64,000 nt of DNA, taken from Hyaloraphidium curvatum SAG 235-1. Lineage: Eukaryota; Fungi; Monoblepharomycota. This document shows, piece by piece, positions 56,868 through 64,000 of the stretch (positions within the stretch are counted from its first letter, which is position 1; every line of letters begins with the position of its first letter). The notes under the pieces were generated by a model. The model saw nothing but the letters and a program-made list of their open reading frames with translations, was not told where the DNA came from and did no database searches. The stretch spans positions 752,568 to 816,567 of the forward strand of contig JAIVFI010000011.1 of the NCBI GenBank assembly GCA_025558095.1. The letters are read 5' to 3'. Made by a program: the position numbers and the translations under genes.

Positions 56868-58374
56868 ATGGCGCCCAAGAGCAAGGCCAAGAAGAGCGCG
56901 GCGAAGCCGGCCAACGGCGCGCCGGCGGCCCCCGCTGCGGCCGCGGTGGACGTGCTCGCCGCGCCGCCGCGCGAGTCGGACCGCGCCAAGGCCCGCTCCC
57001 AGCTGTATGCCGCGCCGCCGCGCGCCGCCCGCCCCTGGCTGACTCCCGCCCCGCAGCCGCGCGCTCCTCGCCTCGGCCGCGCCGGGCGCCGCGCCCTCCC
57101 CCGCGCTCGACGCCGCGCTCGATGCCGCCGCCGCCGGGCTCGAAGAGGAGGTGTTTGCCGGGGCAAAGTCGATCAGGGATTACCTGGGCGGGCTGAAGGA
57201 GGCCGCGAGGCGGGCGAGGGAGGACGAGGGGGTGAGGGAGGGGGTGCGGAGGGCCGCGCCGGCCGAGGAGCCCGCGCCCGCTGCCGGGGAGGTCGGTGCC
57301 GCGGAGGCCAAACCCGAGGGGGCCAAGGAAGAGGAGCCCGTGCCGGCCGCCGAGGAGGCCAAGGCGGAGGAGCCCGCCGCAAAGGCGGAGGAGCCTGCCA
57401 AAGTCGACGAACCGACGAACGACGAGGAGCCCGCGAAACCCGAGGAACCCGCCGCGGAACCTGCCGTCGAGGCCGACGAGCCCGAACCCCACCCCGCGGC
57501 GGTCGAGGAGCCGGCCACGGTCGAGGAGCCGGCCACGGTCGAGGAACCTGCTGCCGTCGGGGAAGCGGAGCCGGAGCCGCCCAAGGCGGAGGAGAGCGCG
57601 GCGGTCGAGGAGCCCGCCGAACCGGATGAAGCTGCCAAGCCCGAGGAGCCCGCCACGGTCGAGGAACCGGCCGCGCCGGTGGAAGCTGGCAAGATCGAGG
57701 AGCCCGTCGCGGTCGAGGAACCGGCCGGGCCGGAGGAAGCTGCCAAGCCCGAGGTCCCCGAGGCGGTCGAGCAGCCTGCCGAGGCCGGGGAGCCCGCCCG
57801 GATCGAGGAGCCCGCGGAGCCGGAGGTGCCTGCCGCGGCTGCGGAGCCTGCCGAGGCCGAGGAGACCGCCCCTGCCGAGGAGCCCGCCAAGCCGGACGAG
57901 CCTGCCGCCGAGGAGCCCGAGACCAAGCCCGCCTCCGCCACCCCCGCCGAGCCGGCCGACTCGGCGCGCACCGAGGTCGCCGAGCCCGCCGCCGCCGCGC
58001 CGGAGGCATCCGCGGAAGCGGAGGAGAAGGCGGCGGAGGCGCCCGAGGAGGAAGCGGCGGAGGCGCCCGAGGAGGAACCGGCGCCGGCGGAACCCATCAA
58101 GGAGACGCCCGCCGGGCCGGCCGCCTCCCAAGACAAGGCCGCCCCGCCCGCCCCATCCGAGCCCGCCCCGCAACCCGCCGCCGCCAAGCCCGAGCTCGCC
58201 ATCTCCCCGCCCTCCTCCCGCGCCGACGACACCCCCACCACCGCCGTCGACCCCGCCTCCGAGAAGCCGGCCGTGCCCAAGGCGGAAGCGAGAAAGGGCC
58301 GGGCGTTCAGCTGGACCGACGCGGCGCTGCTTGCCGCGGCGGTGGCGGTGGTACTGACGGTGTGGAGGCGGTGA
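56868..58374 (+). CDS. Glu/Pro/Ala-rich repeat protein ((V/A)EEPA repeats) with C-terminal TM helix, probably tail-anchored; probable intron near 57005-57056
   Basis: MAPKSKAKK start, dozens of EEPA-like units, terminal AALLAAAVAVVLTVWRR*. Confidence 0.7.
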
Positions 58375-58787
58375 TCGGCTGCGGGATCGGGGGACGGAGG
58401 CGGCGGCGATGGTGGACGGCGATCGGGGGAGGATCCCGCGGATGCCGGGGGAAGGTGGGAAAGGGGGCGGATGGGGAAGGGGACGGTGGGTGGCGGAGGA
58501 GGCGGCCCAAGAGGACGACGGTGATGGAGGGATGGGTTTGCGGGATCGGTGGAGGATGGATGGATGGATGGATGCGGCGGTGGGCGGGTGACCGGCGGCA
58601 GACGACGGTCGGGGCGGGAGATCGGAGGGAGAGCGGATGTATTCCAGCACCTGGCCACGTCCACGTGCCAAAAACAATGTACATCATCGACCGTTGCGCC
58701 GTCTCATCGCCAAGTTGTATCTCGGTTCCCGCGGCGCGCGGCGAGGGGCGAATCACCGCCAGGGTCCCCCACCAGCGCGCCCACCCG

Positions 58788-60609
58788 ATGCCCCCCACCC
58801 CGCCCGCGGCCGCGATGGACGCCTCCCTGCGGCGCACGATGTCGCTTTGGCTCGTGCCGCGGCGGCCGGTGGAGGTGCAGGTGTGGTCGGCCGAGGTGCC
58901 GCGGAGGGAGCCGGCGCCGCCGCCGATACCGATGCCTCTGGGGCCGGCGGAGCCGCCTTCGGCCGCGGCAGAGGTTCCGAAGGAGAAGAATGGGGAGGAG
59001 AACGGGGCGGAGAAGTGGGCCGCGGGCGATGCGGTGAAGGAGGAGGGGAAGGAAGAGCCGGCGGACGGGGAAGGCAAGAAGAAGAAGGACAAGGGCAAGA
59101 AGAAGGAAAAGGAGGCGGCGGAGGGCAAGACGGAGGACGCAAAGGGGCCGGAAGAGGGCGGGGAGAAGCACAAGAAGGCAAAAAAGGCCAAGGAAGGGAA
59201 GGAGGCGCCGGCGGAAGAGGCGGCGGAACCGGCGGCCGCCGAGAAGGCCAACGAGGAGCCCGCTTCCGAAGAGTCGGAGGCGGAGGAGCCGACGGCGGAG
59301 GCCAAGCCCGCCGAGGAGGGCAAGAAGAAGAAGGACAAGGACAAGGAGGACAAGACGCCGCGGTTCCCCAACGGCAAGACGGTCATCCTGATCCGACACG
59401 GTGGGCCGACCTTGCACGCCGCCGAGGCAATCTAACGCCACCGCTTGCCATCCAGGAGAAAAGCCCGCCCCCGAGGACGACGTCTGGGGCAATCTCACCG
59501 ACGCCGGCTGGGCCCGCGCCGACTTCCTCGCCGACCTGCTGACCCCCTCGGACGGCGTTGTCAAGTGCGTCCCGCCCCTCCGCCTGCCCACCGGCCCGCT
59601 CAAGCACATCTACGCCCCCGCGCCGACGGACGAAAAGACGGGGCGGAGGATGCAGCAGACCGTCGGCCCGCTGGCCAAGCGGCTCGGCATCCCCCCCGAC
59701 GAGCGGTTCCCCGCGGACGACCCCGCCGGGCTGGCCGAGACCGCCGCGACCGAGTTCCCCGAGCGGGAACAGGGCACCGTGCTCGCGTGCTACCCCCACG
59801 CCGCGATCGTGGCGATCGCGGGGATGCTCATGTCGCCCGAGGGCGCGGCGCTGGGGATGGACGGCCGCGGGACGCCGCTGCGATGGGACGCGGAGGATTT
59901 CGACTCGCTGTGGGCGGTCAGGGACGGGAGGCTGTCGATCCACGCGCAGGCGTTCGACGCCGACGCGTGGAAGGCCGGGACCGATCCGCGGAAGAAAGCG
60001 GGCGGCGCGGGGGAAAGGGAGGGGTTGCTCAGGAGGATGACGAGCTGGGTGGTGGGGGAGATCCCCTCTCCGACGCCCTCCCCGGGGGCGGCGAAGCAGG
60101 ACAAGCAGCCGGCAGCGCCCGCCTCCGACGCGCCACCCACGGCATCGCCCTCCCCGGCCGCCCCCGCCGCCGCCTCTGCCATCGCGGTGGCCGTCGTCGC
60201 CGCCACGCCTCCACCCCCCGGTACCACGCCTCCCCCCCCACCGGTCGCCGCCGCCGCCGCCCTCCTCGTCCCCGGCGCCGCCCCCGCCTACGCCGACGCG
60301 GACGACGACACCCTCCTCCCGATCGAGCCCGGCGTGCACGACCCCCCCTCGCGCGGATCCCCGCGCCGCACCAGCACCTCCTCCTCCCTCGCGCCGCCCG
60401 CCGCGACCGAAACAACGGGGCTGCTCGCGGTGCCGGGCGAGGAACCCCGGCCCAAGAAGAAGAAGGACAAGCACGGGAAGAAGAACAAGAAGGCCAAGAC
60501 GCTCACCCGGACGGACTCGCCGCGGATCGCCGGCGAGCAAGGGACGGGGAAGGGCGAGGCGGATCCGGCGAGGGGGGGGATATGCTGCGGGCTGTGCGTG
60601 ATACTGTAG
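58788..60609 (+). CDS. Histidine-phosphatase (RHG) family protein with Lys/Glu-rich N-terminus and CaaX tail; one intron
   Basis: Spliced TVILIRHG|EKP..GNLTDAGWARA; RRMQQTVGPLA; ends GICCGLCVIL*. Confidence 0.75.
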
Positions 60610-61263
60610 CTGGCGGGTCGGGCGAATGGCGCCGGGAATGCGACCGGAGCGGGGGAAACGTCTCCATCCTCGCCGGATCGCGGGCGTCGGTCGGTATGTC
60701 CAGACACGCAGCACACCCCTATTGATGGATCCCGAGGGCTACCTCGCCGGTCCTCACCGCTCCCGTTCGCTCGCGACGGGCCGACGGGGTCCACAAAGTC
60801 CCCGTCCGGAGGCGCGATATCCCTGCCTCCCCTCGGCGGCATCGGCCCATCCCATCTCTCCCCCCTTTGCGATTAATCCCCACCTGCGATTGATACCCTG
60901 CGTTTAAATCCCGGGGCGCCCCCGTGCTTCCGATTTCCCGGGGGTTTCGCCGTGCTGCGGCCCCGGATGATCGGCAGATCGGTCCCTCGGGCCGAGGCCC
61001 CCAGCCGTCGGCCATGCGGCGGGCGCACTCGTGGGACAGGGAGCGCACGATTGGAAGCCCCGGGCTCGGGTCTAATGCTGTCGATGCCTTAGAAGGCGTT
61101 CCATGTGGGACATTGGTGTGGTGAGCGGCGGGTGCGTCCCTAGGATCCTTCCTGTCGGGCATGCGGTGCCCGCCGGCGGATCCCATCGATCCAGGCGCGA
61201 AGCGGGCCCCGGCTTCCATCGAAACCGGGTGAGGACAGCGTCGGGAGTGCACCGACAGGAGCA

Positions 61264-62172
61264 ATGGTGCCCGTCCTGCCCGCCGTTGGCCGCGAGGCGT
61301 CGTGCGGCCACGGCTTCGGCGGCGACGGCGGCTGCTGGGCGTGCCTGACCGTCGGCCGCCCGCCTCACCCGCCCGCCGCCGCTCGCCCGGTGGCGCACCC
61401 TGCCGTGCCGCAGCTGCAGCGCCGGGGCTCGGACACGGCCGCCGTGCGCGAGATGCTCTCGGCGCTGGCGAGGGCGGCGTCGTCGCGGGACCTCTCCCTG
61501 CTCGTCCCCGCCGAGCTGCCGCGCTCCCCCGTCGACGCGCCGACGCCTTCGCAGCCCCTGGACTCGGGATTCTTCGAGCAGGTGGACCGCTTCCTGGCGC
61601 TTCCGGGCGTGGCGCGGGAGCTCGCCGCCCGCAACGCCGCGGACCCTCCGCCCCCCAGCTCGCCGCACGCCGCCCCCAACGCAGCGCCCCACGCCCGCTC
61701 GCACTCGGCCTCGGCTTCGCAGAACTTGGCACCACCGAGCCGCCCCTCCCTCCGCCGCCGCAACACCGACCGCTCCGTGCGCTTCCGCGAGGAGGTCGAG
61801 GTGTTCATCCTCCCGGACGAGGACCGCGAGCACCGGCGCGCCGCCTCGGCGCCGTACCTCCCGGCGCTCCCGCAGCTGCTGCCTCCGCCGTCGTTCCTCG
61901 CGGGCGGCTGGGGTGATCGGCCGGACCCGCTGGCGAGGATGATGGGAACGTCGTTGCCGCTGGGCGCCGGGACTCCTCGGGACTCGCAGGCGTCAAACGC
62001 GCCAGCGAATGGGGCTCCGCCGATGAGGATTGCGGCCGTCGACGGAGATTCAGCATGGTCGACGACGGTGGGATCGACGCCCAATGCCGCACAGCGCGAG
62101 GGAGGGCCTGCGTGGGCAGGCGTATACGGCTCGTTCCCCAGAAGCAACCAGAAGGCGCCGGCGGTCCGGTGA
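61264..62172 (+). CDS. Pro-rich protein with N-terminal CxH..CxxC and RVxF motif (RSVRF); last recognisable gene before the telomere
   Basis: CGHGFGGDGGCWAC and RRRNTDRSVRFREEVEVFILPDEDREHRR parallel 54915-56198. Confidence 0.65.
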   Translation: MVPVLPAVGREASCGHGFGGDGGCWACLTVGRPPHPPAAARPVAHPAVPQLQRRGSDTAAVREMLSALARAASSRDLSLLVPAELPRSPVDAPTPSQPLDSGFFEQVDRFLALPGVARELAARNAADPPPPSSPHAAPNAAPHARSHSASASQNLAPPSRPSLRRRNTDRSVRFREEVEVFILPDEDREHRRAASAPYLPALPQLLPPPSFLAGGWGDRPDPLARMMGTSLPLGAGTPRDSQASNAPANGAPPMRIAAVDGDSAWSTTVGSTPNAAQREGGPAWAGVYGSFPRSNQKAPAVR

Positions 62173-62468
62173 CGGACTGTCCGACGGCGTAAATGGATTG
62201 ATTTTAGCGAACTGTGTCTCAATTGTATTGGATTTGCTTGGAAATGCACCCATGTCCATCTTGAGATCGCGGGGGTGACGGGGAGCCATGCCCACGGCGG
62301 GAACAGTCACCCGTGCCACGTACAACGGCCCGCCCGCGTGGCCTCGGCGGCTGAGTTCGCTGCTGGCCCGGTCGCCGCGGCCCCGCTCCCTGCCCCGCCG
62401 CCGCCGGCGGCATCGCCATCTGGCTGGCCCCCTCTGAGATCGCCTGACCATGGCAACCTATACCCTGG

Positions 62469-62600
62469 ACCGGGTTGCGAAGGGCGTTCGGAAGCCTTGC
62501 CATCACTTGCCTATACCGGGTTGCGAACGGCGTTCGGAAGCCTTGCCATCACTTGCCAAACGGAGGGCAAGTTTTCCGAACGCCGTTCGGAAGACTTGCC
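62469..62600. repeat. Two 46-bp-period tandem units followed by a 35-bp near-perfect palindrome built from the same core
   Basis: ACCGGGTTGCGAA(G/C)GGCGTTCGGAAGCCTTGCCATCACTTGCC at 62469 and 62515; GGCAAGTTTTCCGAACG-C-CGTTCGGAAGACTTGCC at 62566-62600. Confidence 0.85.
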
Positions 62601-63856
62601 ATCCCGGACCCGCCACTCCGGACGACCAATGTGCCCCCTTGGCGATTGCGGACGCCGGTTCCCGGGTACCATTGGCTTGAACAGGTCCGGCGCCGTCTTC
62701 TGCCGGGTGGAGAGCCGGGACGAAGGCGAAGAGCCCCGACGCCGGCGAGGAAGGCAGCGCGGGTCGGGTCCCGACTAGTAGAGGTCCGCCCCTTCCCCTC
62801 AGCGCGGTCCGCGGTCCCCACGGTGCCTTCAATACTATAGCGCGCTGCCGGTGCCGGTGCGACGAAGGCACCCGAGCTGTCTCCGGGTGTGGGGTGACGT
62901 CGATTTGCGGGGGGGCGGACGGACGCGGGACGACCTTGCGGCGCCGTCGCCCACACCCCGAGTTCCCCTCTGCCGGCTCCGCGGCCCCCATGGGCTCGAC
63001 GCAGTATGGCGCCCTACCGGCTGGCGGCGGTGCGGGGCCGGCGGACGGCTGGGGAACCGGCGCCGGCGCCGCGACCGAGTCGGAAACGGACACGACCGCC
63101 GCCCCCTTCCCCACTGGTGCCCCACCCTACGACGCGACCCGCCGCCTTGTACAACCCAGGCGCGTGTCCTCTGGCGTTGGCCGGGACGGAGACGAGGTTT
63201 TGCGCGTGGGCCAAGTCCGTGGACCCGGACCGTCGCCGCGTCCGCGCTCGGAGGGTACCCCTCTAGGGCTCCCGCGCACCTGCCGGTGCCTTCGCGAGTA
63301 TCATGCCTACACGCTCTGGCGATGGCGGACGCAAACTGCGAGGTTGGTGAGTGGGGGTAGGGGCCCCCTGCCGTGGTCCTCCTTGGCCTACTGGGCGGAA
63401 GGCAAGGTGTCGCTTGAACCTCGCCGGCCAGTCGCAACCGGACGGCAAGTGATTGAAATAGAATTTTGATGGTGATCGTGCTCGTTGCTGGGCAGTTTGG
63501 CGGCATCCAGCTTCCTGGGGTCCGCCCTCCCCGGCCGGCCTCGTCCCCGCACGTGTGACCGAGGACGGGCCAAGATCGACAGGCCCGAGTCCCGGCCACC
63601 GCAGATCATTCGTTTGCCAGTGCTGAACAAGGAAAGGGCCATGTCCGGGAGGGTGGGGCCTCCAAATGTCCGACCACCTATAGCGGGTACGCCCAGGTTT
63701 ATGCATAATCCCTATGCCAGACCCTGCCCTCCTGCCCTCCCTCCACTGCCCTCCTTCCGTCCTGCACGCAATTCCCCGCGAATCCCCCGGAAACCCCCGG
63801 TTTGGCGCCGGATGGAGGTCTGACCAGCGATTCCCGGTGGTATCTCAACTACCCCC

Positions 63857-64000
63857 TTAGGGTTAGGTTAGGTTAGGTTAGGTTAGGTTAGGTTAGGTTA
63901 GGTTAGGTTAGGTTAGGTTAGGTTAGGTTAGGTTAGGTTAGGTTAGGTTAGGTTAGGTTAGGTTAGGTTAGGTTAGGTTAGGTTAGGTTAGGTTAGGTTA
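63857..64000 (+). repeat. Telomere: one TTAGGG followed by about 27 perfect TTAGG units to the window end
   Basis: G-rich strand runs 5'->3' toward the end of the sequence, as expected for a chromosome terminus. Confidence 0.95.

Noticed and set aside
56709-58575. (ATCC)n and (GGAT)n tracts in inverted orientation flanking the EEPA-repeat gene as transposon TIRs
   Set aside because: Short microsatellites only; no TSD or transposase seen.
62469-62600. Palindromic repeats as a mini-CRISPR
   Set aside because: No unique spacers and only 2-3 units.
1-64000. Prokaryotic origin, operons, or rRNA/tRNA genes
   Set aside because: Spliceosomal introns, a copia element and a telomere show a eukaryotic chromosome. 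No structural RNA gene was recognisable by eye.

Overview
This is the last 64 kb of a GC-rich eukaryotic chromosome arm. It ends in a (TTAGG)n telomere, and its genes carry short (~50-70 nt) GT-AG introns, mostly with GTGGG donors. Gene content fits a microbial eukaryote such as an early-diverging fungus, but that is inference. Contents: (1) a Ty1/copia retrotransposon with identical but end-trimmed LTRs, flanked by a triplicated 33-36 bp host sequence; (2) an expanded F-box/LRR-like family of about 8 copies, most disrupted; (3) a multi-TM family whose C-terminus resembles gustatory-receptor-like (GRL/7TMIC) channels, with all three full-length copies lying head-to-head with an F-box/LRR gene across a ~130-220 bp gap; (4) bacterial-type genes, including an EVE/PUA-like-HNH nuclease, a DUF3597-like fusion and an SSADH; (5) a DEG/ENaC-like 2-TM protein; (6) three RVxF-motif proteins; (7) two paralogous kinases; (8) ordinary metabolic genes (nitrate-reductase-like, APC permease, FATP, SDRs, VOC, DsbA/FrnE, GT8-like, histidine phosphatase). 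The best candidate for an undescribed system is the recurrent divergent GRL-like + F-box/LRR gene pair. All family assignments come from motif recognition by eye, not from database searches.
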